64,000 nucleotides of DNA from Candidatus Bathyarchaeota archaeon. GTDB lineage: Archaea > Thermoproteota > Bathyarchaeia > 40CM-2-53-6. Positions 29,224-39,456 of the stretch are shown here, piece by piece. The stretch lies in assembly GCA_963706285.1 (NCBI GenBank), contig CAVPLU010000004.1:288001-352000 (forward strand). Direction: 5' to 3'. Each line of letters starts with the position of its first letter. The first letter of the stretch is position 1. The notes beneath the pieces were generated by a model. That model had not been told where the DNA came from. It searched no databases and was given only the letters and a program-made list of their open reading frames with translations. The position numbers were made by a program, and so were the translations under genes.

Positions 29224-32200
29224 TAGGCCTTCACCTCAGCCATCGGCATCTCCACAATCTGCGAGACCCCCTCCTGGATGAAGACGCCGTAGACTCTGTT
29301 TCCTCTAGATATCGCAGTGTCTTTCAGTGACACGACCAGGAACTGTGATCCCTTCGATCGCTCGCGGAGCAATTCGGCGAGTCTCTGCGAGTTGACCACG
29401 TCCATGTGAGCGTCGATCTCGTCGAACATGTAGAATGGCATGGGGTGTATTGCCTGAAGTGCTAGCAAGAAGCAGACCGTGCTGACTGATTTCTCCCCGC
29501 CGCTTGCGCTGCTGATTGTCATCATAGATTTGCCCGGGAATTCGAGCATGACGTCGACTCCGCCTTTGAATGGGTCCTCAGGGACCTCAAGTATCATTTT
29601 GCCTCTTCCCGTGCCCGTGACCTTGGTAAAGATCTCTTGGAACGTTGCGTCGACTTGGTTGAATGCCCGCATGAACATGTCGTACTTCTTCTTGTCAAGT
29701 TCGTTCATGAATTCAATGATCGAGTGTCTTTCCTTCTCGATCTCGTAGATTCTCGTCGCTAGCTGTTTGTAGTTGCTCTTCTGATCCTCATATTGGTTGA
29801 CCGCGAGCGCGTTGACTGCTCCGATTCGTTCAAGTTCTCGCTTGAGGGCGTTCAGTGAAGTTTCTATTGATGTAAGTTCTTTAGGATCTACTTCGGCGAG
29901 CTCATTGTACCCTAGCTGCTTGATCTCGCTCCAGAAAAGCGAGGCACGCATTTCTTTCTCTTTCACTGAGGAGTTGAGATCTGCGACTTCCCGATTCAGC
30001 GGTTCAAGTTGATTGATGATCTTCATCAGTTGGGTTTCGAGGCTCTTGAGGGTCTGCTCAAACTCGCTCCGTTTTGCCTTAGCGGAGCTTACGTTCCTCT
30101 GAATCTCATCTCTCTGTTCTTTGAGACCATTTATGGTCGCAACATGGTCGGCCATGGTTTGGTTTGATGTTTCGATCTTTGACTGTATCTCCACGGTTTG
30201 TTTCTCGATCGATGCGATCTGAGCTTTCATTTGGTCTTGGTTCTGTTCGAATGTTGAAATGTAGGTTTCCAATGCAGCGATCTTGGATTCGAGTTCCAGT
30301 TTTTTCTGAAGTAGTGTGTTCACTTCATCATACAGGATTGCGTGTGTGCTCTCCAGTCTGGCTAGTTCGTCGGATTTTGCCTTGAGCAGATGAGATGATT
30401 TATCTTTCATGAGTAGGTCGAGCTTGTTCTGGAGGCCCTGTCTTCCTTCCTGCGACGAGTGGAGACTGGACTTTTCATGTTCGATGTCTTCGCCGAACGT
30501 TGCGACGCGTTTGTCGGAGTTTTCAATGGCCTTTATGGTTCGCTCGAGGTCATGTCCTATTGTGGTGGCTTCTCGTTCCATCGCTTCGATTAGGTTCTTG
30601 CTCGCTGACTTGCTCTCGTTTAGGTTCAGGATCTCCTCTCTGAGTCTCTCAAGGTCTTTCTTGCAACGTTCTAAGAGGTCCTCTAATGATGTGACCGCGG
30701 ATGCCACGTCTGCAAGAGTTGATTCCTTAGGTGCGAATCTTCTGGCGTCCAGTGGCTCACGGTAGTATCCGATCTCCATGCCTCCTCCTGGCTCGTACAG
30801 GTCACCCGCAATCGACACTGCTCGACATCCTTCAAGCGAGACCAGAAATGCGGCCCTTTGGTTTGCGGTGAGTATCGTGTCACCAAAGACGAAGTTGATT
30901 GCATGATCGAATGGCCCTAAGGGCTCGATGAAGTCCTCGATCTTGCCAAGTATGCCCTCGATCTGCGTGGGAGGCTCGATCTTGCTCGTAGGATAGAGAT
31001 TCTCGATGGGGATCAGTTTGACGCGTCCTAGTTTTGTTCTCTTGAGGCTTTCTATGCATGCAATTGCGCTTTCGATGTTCTTGACGGCGATTGATTTCAT
31101 CCATCCTGCTGAAGCCGCCTCGATAGCTTTGCGATGTTCTTCTCTGAATTGGATCAAGTCACATAGGCGTCCGTAGACGCCAGCGATGGCGCCTGACTGG
31201 CCCATCTCCTCGATCAGCTGGAGCGCGGAGTCATCGGATGCCATGGCCTCGGCTACGGTCTTCTGAGTTTCGACTTCCGCTAGGGTGAGTCTTGCTTTCT
31301 TTGAGACCTCTGCTGCATGAGCTACCTCTACTTCCTTCTCGACCTCAACCTTTGTGTACTCGGCGAGGTTTGCTTCGATCGTATCGAGCCTCGACTGTTC
31401 TTGTGCGAGAAGCTTCGCAAGCTCTTCGACTCTACTCTTGATGCTCGTTGATAGTTCTTCAAGTTCTATTCGTCTTGACTTTAGTGTCTGGATATGGCCT
31501 TCTAGAAGCGTGATCTTTGAACTGCTTCCTTTTGCCTCTGCATCGATCTCAATGAGTTGGCTCGTGAGTGCGCTGATCTGTTCGTCTACTACGTTTGCCT
31601 CGCCTGATTCCTCTCCAATCTTCTTTCTGAACTCTGCAATGGATGCTGAGAAAACTTCTCGTTCCTTTCGCTTGGCATCGAGAACGGTAGTGAGCTCCGA
31701 AAATCTGCCTCTGCAATCGGCTAGATTCGAGTCGGATTGTGCGACCGACTGAACTGCTTGGTCCATGCGCTTCTCGAGATCAGCTTTCTGGAGTTGGAGC
31801 GATCGTATGGTTTCCTTGGATGATTCGATCTCAGCCTTCAAACCTGCAACGTTTGCATTGACATCTCCGATGGCGCGTTCGATCCTGAAAAGCTCACTGC
31901 TGCCCCTGTCAACAACGGTCTCCTCGTAGCTCTGCCGATCCAACTCGATCTTTTGTCTTTGTTTCGAGATCTCGTCTTTCTTGGCTTTGGTCTGTTCAAT
32001 TGTCTGCTGTCTCTCAAGAATCTCATTTCTGAGATCAGCTATCTGAGTCTGGATTTCAGATATCTTGCAAGAAGTGAGTTGGACTTGGAGTCTGCCGGTC
32101 TCCTTCTTGAGCTGCTGCGATCTGAGGTAATCGTTTCTCTCTTTCTCCAAAGATTCGACTCTAAGGCGAACTTCGTCGGTTCGGGCTGATGCGACCTTTA

Positions 32201-32762
32201 TGTTCAGATCTGCTTGTTGCAGCTGGATCTCTGATTCTGCTTTCTTGGAATCGTAGACGGCTATTCCTATCATGTCCTCGATGATCTTTCGGCGTTCCTC
32301 ATGGGTCACCTCGGCGAGTCTAGTGATTGCGTGTTGTTGAACGATATTGTGTCCGGAAACTTGGATGTCAGCAGATGAAAGAATGTCGGTAAGTTGCTTT
32401 CGTGAAACGCGCCGCCCGTTCATTCGGTAGATGCCTTCCCCGCCTCTTCGAAATTCCCTTGAGATAGTCACAAGGTCAGCATCCACGGGGATGCGTCGAT
32501 CCGCGTTGTCGAATTGGATTCCTACGTAGGCGGATTTCGCTGTGGCATGAGGAGATCCTCTGTGAATGAGGTCGGTGATGTTTCCGCCTCTGAGTTCTTT
32601 GGCACTCAGTTCTCCTAGTGCGAACTTCACCGAGTCTATTACGTTGCTCTTCCCGGAGCCGTTGGGGCCTGTAACTACGGTTAGGCCACGGTCAAGGCTC
32701 AGGGATACTTTCTTCCCGAAAGTCTTGAAACCTCTAAGATCAATCCTGCGAATGTATACCAA
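29223..32762 (-). CDS. smc: Chromosome segregation protein SMC
   Basis: GFKTF, GPNGSGKSN, coiled coils, hinge GVYG, SGGEKS and FDEIDAHMD motifs. Confidence 0.97.
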   Translation of the reverse strand: MVYIRRIDLRGFKTFGKKVSLSLDRGLTVVTGPNGSGKSNVIDSVKFALGELSAKELRGGNITDLIHRGSPHATAKSAYVGIQFDNADRRIPVDADLVTISREFRRGGEGIYRMNGRRVSRKQLTDILSSADIQVSGHNIVQQHAITRLAEVTHEERRKIIEDMIGIAVYDSKKAESEIQLQQADLNIKVASARTDEVRLRVESLEKERNDYLRSQQLKKETGRLQVQLTSCKISEIQTQIADLRNEILERQQTIEQTKAKKDEISKQRQKIELDRQSYEETVVDRGSSELFRIERAIGDVNANVAGLKAEIESSKETIRSLQLQKADLEKRMDQAVQSVAQSDSNLADCRGRFSELTTVLDAKRKEREVFSASIAEFRKKIGEESGEANVVDEQISALTSQLIEIDAEAKGSSSKITLLEGHIQTLKSRRIELEELSTSIKSRVEELAKLLAQEQSRLDTIEANLAEYTKVEVEKEVEVAHAAEVSKKARLTLAEVETQKTVAEAMASDDSALQLIEEMGQSGAIAGVYGRLCDLIQFREEHRKAIEAASAGWMKSIAVKNIESAIACIESLKRTKLGRVKLIPIENLYPTSKIEPPTQIEGILGKIEDFIEPLGPFDHAINFVFGDTILTANQRAAFLVSLEGCRAVSIAGDLYEPGGGMEIGYYREPLDARRFAPKESTLADVASAVTSLEDLLERCKKDLERLREEILNLNESKSASKNLIEAMEREATTIGHDLERTIKAIENSDKRVATFGEDIEHEKSSLHSSQEGRQGLQNKLDLLMKDKSSHLLKAKSDELARLESTHAILYDEVNTLLQKKLELESKIAALETYISTFEQNQDQMKAQIASIEKQTVEIQSKIETSNQTMADHVATINGLKEQRDEIQRNVSSAKAKRSEFEQTLKSLETQLMKIINQLEPLNREVADLNSSVKEKEMRASLFWSEIKQLGYNELAEVDPKELTSIETSLNALKRELERIGAVNALAVNQYEDQKSNYKQLATRIYEIEKERHSIIEFMNELDKKKYDMFMRAFNQVDATFQEIFTKVTGTGRGKMILEVPEDPFKGGVDVMLEFPGKSMMTISSASGGEKSVSTVCFLLALQAIHPMPFYMFDEIDAHMDVVNSQRLAELLRERSKGSQFLVVSLKDTAISRGNRVYGVFIQEGVSQIVEMPMAEVKA

Positions 32763-32930
32763 GTGCTAATCGATCCCGCCGTGCCACGCCAGACCTTCGA
32801 GACTAGACGATCATGTTGTGAGTGGATTGGCCTTGAATCCGTATCGGATGTGAGATAAAGCTTGGCGCGAGTTTATGGTGCTCGCGACCCGCATATTCAG
32901 GCTAGAATGAATGTCAGGGAACCTACGCGG

Positions 32931-33719
32931 CTACTGGCCGTATCTTCTTTTGCGCATCTGGTAAGTTCGTACAGCTCTAAGTAAATCTATTCGCCTGAAT
33001 TCCGGCCAATATACATCTAAGAAGCAAAATTCACTGTAGGCCGACTGCCACAGCAGAAACCCGCTGAGCCTCTCTTCTCCAGATGTTCGTATGACAAGAT
33101 CTGGGTATGGGTTTGGAAGATGGGCTGTGTAAAGGTACTTCATGAAGAACCGTTCATCTATCTCATCCGGCTCAACTGAACCCTCTTGAACATCGCTTGC
33201 GATCTTCCGTGCAGCGTCAATAATCTCAGTTCTTCCGCCATATGCGAGGGCGATGTTGAGGAAGTGTCTGTCATACGATTCTGTGGCGTGCTCGATCTCT
33301 TGGAGAACTTCTTGCAGGTGCTTAGGCAGCAAATCTAGACGCCCAAGCGCTTTGACTCTTACCTGATTCTGATGTAACCTCTCGTCTTTCAGTAGCCTCC
33401 TTGCCTCTTCTTCAATGATCGCAAATATCGTGTCAACTTCTTCTTGTGGCCGATCGAAGTTCTCCATTGAGAAGACATAGAGCGTGATTGTCTTGATATT
33501 GAGGTCGAGACACCAGTCCAGCAGAGCCTCACTGGTTTTTGCCCCATAATGATGGCCTTCATAGACTATGCCTGAACGTGCGATGGCCCACCGCCTGTTT
33601 CCGTCAAGAATGACCCCCAAGTGCTCTGGGATAGGTTGTTTTCTGATCTGCCCGTCAAGCCACCATTCGTAGACAGCGTAGGCCCCGATTGCCCGTAGGA
33701 AACCCTCTAGCATGGTCAA
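32931..33719 (-). CDS. uppS: Polyprenyl (undecaprenyl-type) diphosphate synthase
   Basis: ILDGNRRWA, FSMENF.R and IRTSGEERLSGFLLWQSAYSE motifs. Confidence 0.95.
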   Translation of the reverse strand: MTMLEGFLRAIGAYAVYEWWLDGQIRKQPIPEHLGVILDGNRRWAIARSGIVYEGHHYGAKTSEALLDWCLDLNIKTITLYVFSMENFDRPQEEVDTIFAIIEEEARRLLKDERLHQNQVRVKALGRLDLLPKHLQEVLQEIEHATESYDRHFLNIALAYGGRTEIIDAARKIASDVQEGSVEPDEIDERFFMKYLYTAHLPNPYPDLVIRTSGEERLSGFLLWQSAYSEFCFLDVYWPEFRRIDLLRAVRTYQMRKRRYGQ

Positions 33720-34502
33720 TCACGTCGGGGTGGCCTGTGAGAGAGCCTTCCCACACCGGCAGGTTCTTGCTACTGGAATTCTTGCAATCGTGTCCTTAAC
33801 CAAGGTTTCTACTTCTGGCAGGACCTTCTCGGCCAGCTGCGTCACTTCAGATGCTGTGAGCGATTTCTGAAGCCCCGCCGCCATGTTAGTAACGATGCAA
33901 ACGGCACCGTAGCAGATCTCAAGCTCGCGTGCCAAGAATGCTTCGGGTGCAGATGTCATTCCGACCACATCGCATCCCGCGTTTCTCATCATCATGATTT
34001 CGGCCGGTGTCTCATACCGAGGCCCGTCTGTACACGCGAGAATGCTCTCATTCCACGTTTTTCGAGACGACCGCCCAGAGGCCTCGATGAGCGTCTTTCG
34101 TATCTCAGGGCAGTAGACATCAGTCACGTCTACGTGCACAACCGGTTCAGAATCGTAGAATGTCTGATTCCTCAACCTGGTAAAATCCACGAGGTCCACG
34201 GGGATCACGAGGTTCCCCGGTCGGTAACTTTCTCTCATCGCGCCTACGGCGTTGGTTGCAACTATCCTTTCCACTCCAAGTTGCTTCAGGCTCCAGATGT
34301 TGGCTCTATAGTTCACCTTGTGAGGCGGGAATTCATGGCGGAGTCCGTGCCTTGGTAGGAATGCGACACGTACGTCGTCAATTTGGGTGATCGTAATGTC
34401 CGGAGATGGCCCATAGGGTGTGTCGTTTCGTCTTGTTTCCCCTTGTCCGATCAGCTGCTCAAAGCCAGAGCCGCCGATCAGTCCTATTCTCACGCTAGGC
34501 AA
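33720..34502 (-). CDS. mtnP: S-methyl-5'-thioadenosine phosphorylase
   Basis: IGGSG, PRHG..H..PPH.VNYRAN, GPRYETPAE and VGMT motifs. Confidence 0.92.
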   Translation of the reverse strand: MPSVRIGLIGGSGFEQLIGQGETRRNDTPYGPSPDITITQIDDVRVAFLPRHGLRHEFPPHKVNYRANIWSLKQLGVERIVATNAVGAMRESYRPGNLVIPVDLVDFTRLRNQTFYDSEPVVHVDVTDVYCPEIRKTLIEASGRSSRKTWNESILACTDGPRYETPAEIMMMRNAGCDVVGMTSAPEAFLARELEICYGAVCIVTNMAAGLQKSLTASEVTQLAEKVLPEVETLVKDTIARIPVARTCRCGKALSQATPT

Positions 34503-34581
34503 GAGTCATCCGCCAAAACTATCTCATGACCCTACCGGGACGACAGAGAACGCGGGAATATAAGGTGTGTCAGCGGAGCCG

Positions 34582-35499
34582 CTAGATGGCGCCCTTCTCC
34601 ATCAGCGCCTTGAACTCTTCAAGAGATAGTCTCTTCCCTTGCCCGAGTTTCTCGGCGCCAGATTTCTCAAGCTTCTCACGGACTTCTTGGCCTTTGCGAA
34701 GTTTAACCATCGGACCCGTCTGAGCGATCTGTTGGCGGATCTCTCGGATCTTGACAAGGTTCGTGACATACCCCTTGTGCGCTTCATCAGCCCCTTTCAG
34801 GGCTTCCACAAAAGCCCCATGCGCCTTGTCCGCTTCAGCCTTAGCTGTTGACGCAGATGCGGCCACGTCAATCAGCTTCTTGTGGATTACTTCACTTTCT
34901 TCAACGATCTTTGTCATCTGCTCATGGAATGACTGAGCCTGAAGCCTCTTGCCGCCAATAGTTGCCTTCGTTCCCAGAATCTTGTATCTGAGAGCCTCTG
35001 CCTTCTTCGCAACAAGCACCTGCCCCTCAAGTTCCTTCAGGCGCTTGATCAATTCCTTCTCAGCCTTGGGGGTGAGGGTGCTAGTTTGCATCTTCCATTC
35101 TAGACGATTGAACTCTTCAAGGGCCCTTCGCGGGCTTCCCTCGAGTCGCTCCGAGATCTCTACTGACCTGTTCTTGAGCTTCTCAAGCCTCTCCCTTTCC
35201 GTCACTGCAGCGTCTCGTGCAACGTTTCTGGAAGCCTTGAGTTCCTTGACCTTCCGATTCAGCTCGTCTCTTCTAAGCTTAAGAGCCTTAACTTCGTTGA
35301 TCATGCGCTTGAAATCTTCGTTGAGCTTGTTGCGTTGTTCAAGCAGCTCCTTGGCCTTGTGGTTAAGATTCTCGCGTTGCTCAACAAGGTGGACATTGGA
35401 GTCTCTGAGCGCATTGATTTCCCGGAACAATGCCTCGCTGTTCTCTGACAAGCCGCTCAGTACCTTTTGCCGTCCGTGGGAAGATGCACTATTGCTCAT
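34582..35499 (-). CDS. Archaeal coiled-coil protein (COG1340-like)
   Basis: Long heptad repeats, LEWKMQT..LT...E and GKRLSLEEF motifs. Confidence 0.8.
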   Translation of the reverse strand: MSNSASSHGRQKVLSGLSENSEALFREINALRDSNVHLVEQRENLNHKAKELLEQRNKLNEDFKRMINEVKALKLRRDELNRKVKELKASRNVARDAAVTERERLEKLKNRSVEISERLEGSPRRALEEFNRLEWKMQTSTLTPKAEKELIKRLKELEGQVLVAKKAEALRYKILGTKATIGGKRLQAQSFHEQMTKIVEESEVIHKKLIDVAASASTAKAEADKAHGAFVEALKGADEAHKGYVTNLVKIREIRQQIAQTGPMVKLRKGQEVREKLEKSGAEKLGQGKRLSLEEFKALMEKGAI

Positions 35500-35592
35500 A
35501 AAACTTTCTCGAAACCCTCATTCATAGACTTTGCGTAGATCTGGCGAATTTACCCACGTTCCAACCTGCACAGTAAATGGTTTAACAGCCAT

Positions 35593-36297
35593 CTATGCTG
35601 AAAGTAACATCCTCGCGTCCACGACTAACGCGCCGTGCTCGTAGATTATTGTAGGGTTGAGGTCCATCTGGTCGATTTGAGGGTTCTCCATCACTAGGCG
35701 CGACGCGGACAAGAGTACGTGAACTATTGCGTTCTGGTCAGCAGGCGGAGAACCCCGGTAGCCCTCCAGAACTGCGTACCCTTTGATTTCATGAATCATA
35801 TCACGTGCGTCACGTTCTTCGAGGGGGGCTATGCGGAATGCCACGTCCTTAAGTATCTCGACGAAAACGCCTCCCAAGCCGAACAGGATGGTGTGCCCAA
35901 ATTGAGGATCATTCACCGACCCGACAATGATTTCCGTTGACTCAGGAGCCATCTTCTGAACGAGAATTCCTTTGATTCGTGCATCTGGTCTGCGGGCTCG
36001 CACGCTTTCTAAGATCCGTAGGTAAGCAGACTCCACTGCATCACTCGATGATAACCCGACCACGACTCCGCCCACCTCGGTTTTGTGGATTATATCGGGA
36101 GAAACGACCTTCAAGACAACTGGATATCCGAGTTCACCAGCAAGGGCTGCGGCGCTTGCAGAGTCCACTGCGAGCTTGTAACGCGGCGTGGGAATTTCAT
36201 ATTCGACGCATATGGCTTTGGCCTCAGGTTCCAAGAGGTTGCGACGCCCTTCTGCCAGGGCCTTCTTGATTATCACTTGCGCTTCTGCGGAACCCAT
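35593..36297 (-). CDS. acdB: ADP-forming acetate-CoA ligase beta subunit
   Basis: GYPVVLKVVSPDIIHKTEVGGV, DPQFG...FGLGGVFVE and DLNP...VDAR motifs. Confidence 0.92.
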   Translation of the reverse strand: MGSAEAQVIIKKALAEGRRNLLEPEAKAICVEYEIPTPRYKLAVDSASAAALAGELGYPVVLKVVSPDIIHKTEVGGVVVGLSSSDAVESAYLRILESVRARRPDARIKGILVQKMAPESTEIIVGSVNDPQFGHTILFGLGGVFVEILKDVAFRIAPLEERDARDMIHEIKGYAVLEGYRGSPPADQNAIVHVLLSASRLVMENPQIDQMDLNPTIIYEHGALVVDARMLLSA

Positions 36298-36405
36298 CGT
36301 AATCTTACCGCGAGTTCGGGTAAGGTCCAACCGCTTTAATACAGTTGCTCGGTCTCTTTCCGCCTGCTTGCATTACTGTCTTCGTGCCAGTATCTGGTTG
36401 GAATC

Positions 36406-37113
36406 TTGGAACAAGACCGAAACTCGCAGAGGCTCACAATTCTCGGGACAACACATGTAGACAAAGCGAGCATCGACCGAGTCCGGAGGACAATCTCTGA
36501 ATTGCGTCCATGCGTGGTCGCGGTGGAACTCGACGAGGAGAGATTGTGGGCTCTCAGAGATCCCAACAGAGACAAAATGGATTCTCCAATCCATACCGGT
36601 TTGCTACCGTGGCTAATGGCTTTGCTTGAAAGGTCGGTAGGATCGTTGACCGACGTTTTTCCCGGAAGTGAGATGCTCGAAGCGGTCGATGAAGCTGAAA
36701 GAGTTGGAGCGAAGACGATTATGATTGACAAACCGATTGACTCCATTCTCGCGGGGATCAGAAATATCCCCTGGCTGGAGAGACTGAGGATAGGCTTTGA
36801 CGTACTGGCCGCTCTTTTTGCGATGTCCACCAAAAGGGGGACCACTCAGCTGGCGAAAGGAAAGTTTGATGATCTGATGGCAGAATTCAGAGTCAAGTAT
36901 CCGACGCTCTTCCGAATCCTCGTTGAGGAAAGGGACCTATTCATGGCCTCAAGGCTGCAAGAGATACTTGACCATACGACTGGCCCGGTCGTCGCAGTCG
37001 TGGGCTTGGGTCATGTGAACGGGATCCTGGGGCGTCTCGCCGCGAATCGCGAAGCTCCCAATGCAAACAGTGTTGGCGTGAGATACGAGTGGACTTTGGG
37101 AGCATTCCCTTGA
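36406..37113 (+). CDS. TraB/PrgY-family protein
   Basis: LGTTHV, VAVELD..R, PGSEM, ERD.FMA and VVGLGH motifs. Confidence 0.9.
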   Translation: MEQDRNSQRLTILGTTHVDKASIDRVRRTISELRPCVVAVELDEERLWALRDPNRDKMDSPIHTGLLPWLMALLERSVGSLTDVFPGSEMLEAVDEAERVGAKTIMIDKPIDSILAGIRNIPWLERLRIGFDVLAALFAMSTKRGTTQLAKGKFDDLMAEFRVKYPTLFRILVEERDLFMASRLQEILDHTTGPVVAVVGLGHVNGILGRLAANREAPNANSVGVRYEWTLGAFP

Positions 37114-37122
37114 GATATCTGA

Positions 37123-37695
37123 TTACACTAAAGTCTTGACTGCAGCAAATCCGCCCCTAGCCGCGTCACACCATGTGCTGGCGAAAGCAATCAGGACGAC
37201 ATCTCCTTTCTTCAGGCTGAGTTGGTTCTTGATCTTCTCAAAAGCCGCAGGGTCACGTTTTTGAAGCGATTCCGTCACTCCAGGAAACTTGAGCGTCTTT
37301 CCGTCAAAGAGGAATGTTATGGCGCCGGTTGCACCCGCTTTGATGGCCGCGTCGCGTTGCTCGATTCCTTGACCAAGTTGCCGTGAGCGTCCTGCAACAT
37401 GGAAAATGACGCTCCTAGAGTCCAAACCCAGAAGCTTCTGGTCGGATCTCTTGACCAGCCTCAGGTTGTGATGTTTCATAAGAGCGGTCAATTTGCGTAG
37501 CCCTTTTGAGCTGGCTCTGGTTCCTGCACGGTATCGCACTTGGATCAACCCACTCCTCTTCATATGTCCGAGCATGCCACGCGCGATGCCTTGGGGTACA
37601 CCGAGCATCTCTGCCAGACGATATCTTCCGATTTCTCTCTCAGTTTTCAACAGCCATAGAATGAACAGTTCCTGTTCGGGAGATATCGATTTCAG
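37123..37695 (-). CDS. wHTH regulator (DUF4443-like)
   Basis: IGRYRLAEMLG and GIEQRDAAIKAGATGA motifs. The open frame extends to CTG at 37695; the TTG at 37650 would truncate helix 1. Confidence 0.8.
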   Translation of the reverse strand: MKSISPEQELFILWLLKTEREIGRYRLAEMLGVPQGIARGMLGHMKRSGLIQVRYRAGTRASSKGLRKLTALMKHHNLRLVKRSDQKLLGLDSRSVIFHVAGRSRQLGQGIEQRDAAIKAGATGAITFLFDGKTLKFPGVTESLQKRDPAAFEKIKNQLSLKKGDVVLIAFASTWCDAARGGFAAVKTLV

Positions 37696-37806
37696 CTATG
37701 TTCCCTGCCTTGTGCAGTCAGTAACAACTGTTCGCGATGATGTTGGATAATTGTTCTCTCTGAGGTTGAGAATGTCGGACACTTGTGGCCAATCATGCCC
37801 AGCTGC

Positions 37807-38598
37807 CTAGGGTCGGAGTTCTTCTCCGCCTGAGAGTGCGCGGGTGAGCGATGCGTTCAACTCAAGTAGACCTGCATTCGACTTCGCTGACACGGGTATC
37901 GTTTCGAAGATCAAACCTGCCGAGTGCACTGCAATTGCCAAGTCACGTGCAATAAGTGCGCCTGTGCTACCTGATGTTGTGTCGAACGCGTTTTCCAGTT
38001 GCTCGATTTCGCTGGCCCATCCAACAATCTGGTCCAGTTCTTCTTCGGTGACTAGGTCGGTTTTTGTGAGTGCGTAGACTTGTGGTTGCCCAAGCCGTGT
38101 GTAGACTGCCGCCGCGAGGAACAAGTTGGACACGAAGTTCATCGGGTTTCTACAAAAGGGCGCGTCCAACGTGTACAAGACTGCTTTCGATTCGTCAGTC
38201 ATTGCCTTAGAGAAGTACGGTCCGCTTTCTCTGAATGCAAACAGTTCGATCTGTCCCGGCGTGTCAGCCAGCACAAAATCAGGAGCTTCTGCGTCAAGCT
38301 CACTTCGGATCTCCTCTAGGTGATCTGCTGCAATGTCAGATGCCATGATCAGAGCGCCGTTTGGGCCTAGCTTGTATTTCTCCATTAGTTCATCTATGTC
38401 GACGTATGTTCGGACATCAACGTCAGGATTGTACGGCAGAGCTGTTGCTCCCGGATCGAGATTAAGAGTCACAACATTCTGTTCTGTGGAACGTAAGAAC
38501 TCGGAGAACGACGCGACGAGAAGTGATTTCCCCGATCCAGCCATGCCGACTACGAATATGACGAATATTGTGCTCGCCTTCCTAGGACTCACATTCAT
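37807..38598 (-). CDS. GPN-loop GTPase
   Basis: GMAGSGKS, NLDPG, LGPNG, DTPGQIE and TKTD motifs; ATG 38598 inferred. Confidence 0.93.
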   Translation of the reverse strand: MNVSPRKASTIFVIFVVGMAGSGKSLLVASFSEFLRSTEQNVVTLNLDPGATALPYNPDVDVRTYVDIDELMEKYKLGPNGALIMASDIAADHLEEIRSELDAEAPDFVLADTPGQIELFAFRESGPYFSKAMTDESKAVLYTLDAPFCRNPMNFVSNLFLAAAVYTRLGQPQVYALTKTDLVTEEELDQIVGWASEIEQLENAFDTTSGSTGALIARDLAIAVHSAGLIFETIPVSAKSNAGLLELNASLTRALSGGEELRP

Positions 38599-38851
38599 GA
38601 GCCTTTGAGATATGTCTTGATCGATGTGAAGTGCACAGTGGTAGCGTCTCCTCTCGAGAATGTTCTTGAAGGCCGCTCGCGACCCGGATTCTACAGTCAT
38701 GAAGATCCTGTATCTAGCCTGCCAGTCATTGCGGCCAATCAAGACTATGCCGATAGCGGTTCTTGTGCCTTGCCATTGGCTCTTGCTCGTGAAGAAGAAC
38801 ACCAATAGGCCACCGTACGAGTCATTAGCGAATACCGTGAGCAATGATCCA

Positions 38852-39388
38852 ATGACTCTCCAAATTGATGATGCTGGAGTTGGCGACCTGCTGCATGGAG
38901 TTGTGATAGGGGCATATCGCCCCGAGACCGGCGAATTCAGCTACGACGTGGTAGATGTTGGATTCTTCCAGCAACCAGAATTTGGCAAGAAAGCCTACCT
39001 TGCAGAGGCTTCTGAAGTCATTAAACATGTCATCGAAAAGATGAAACTAGGCGAAAGTGAACCGATATTGATCTGCAGCAGTTTCATCTTCGAAAGAGCA
39101 GTCCATGATCTTGAAGAGAAGTTTGGAAAAGAGAGAGTGACTGTCACCAAGATCACAGGGGAAGCACAGCGTCACGTTGAGACTGCATACTTGGATGAAA
39201 TCCGAAACCTAGGCTACGAACCGCTCGCTGAACGAGAAGAGAAGCGTGCCAGAAGCTTCTTTCATATGCTGCGCTGGCTCAAAAGCGAGCCACATCGATT
39301 CAAACATGCCAAGACTGGGTGGCCACGCCTCAAAAGGTACCACAGAACCGCCAGAAATGGAAGAAATCCTCCCGAAAGATCCAGCTGA
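38852..39388 (+). CDS. Hypothetical RNase HII-like fold protein
   Basis: N-terminal IDDAGVGDL..GVVIG resembles the RNase HII motif IDEAGRG; start inferred. Confidence 0.6.
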   Translation: MTLQIDDAGVGDLLHGVVIGAYRPETGEFSYDVVDVGFFQQPEFGKKAYLAEASEVIKHVIEKMKLGESEPILICSSFIFERAVHDLEEKFGKERVTVTKITGEAQRHVETAYLDEIRNLGYEPLAEREEKRARSFFHMLRWLKSEPHRFKHAKTGWPRLKRYHRTARNGRNPPERSS

Positions 39389-39456
39389 CCCTTTGCGAGT
39401 AGCCAACCCAGTCGCGATCCCAATCCTAACGCAGGAGCTTAAACGGATCAGCGTTC

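Noticed and set aside
34949-35527. Long antisense ORFs (here and opposite smc, thermosome, cinA and others)
   Set aside because: Shadow frames of well-supported genes.
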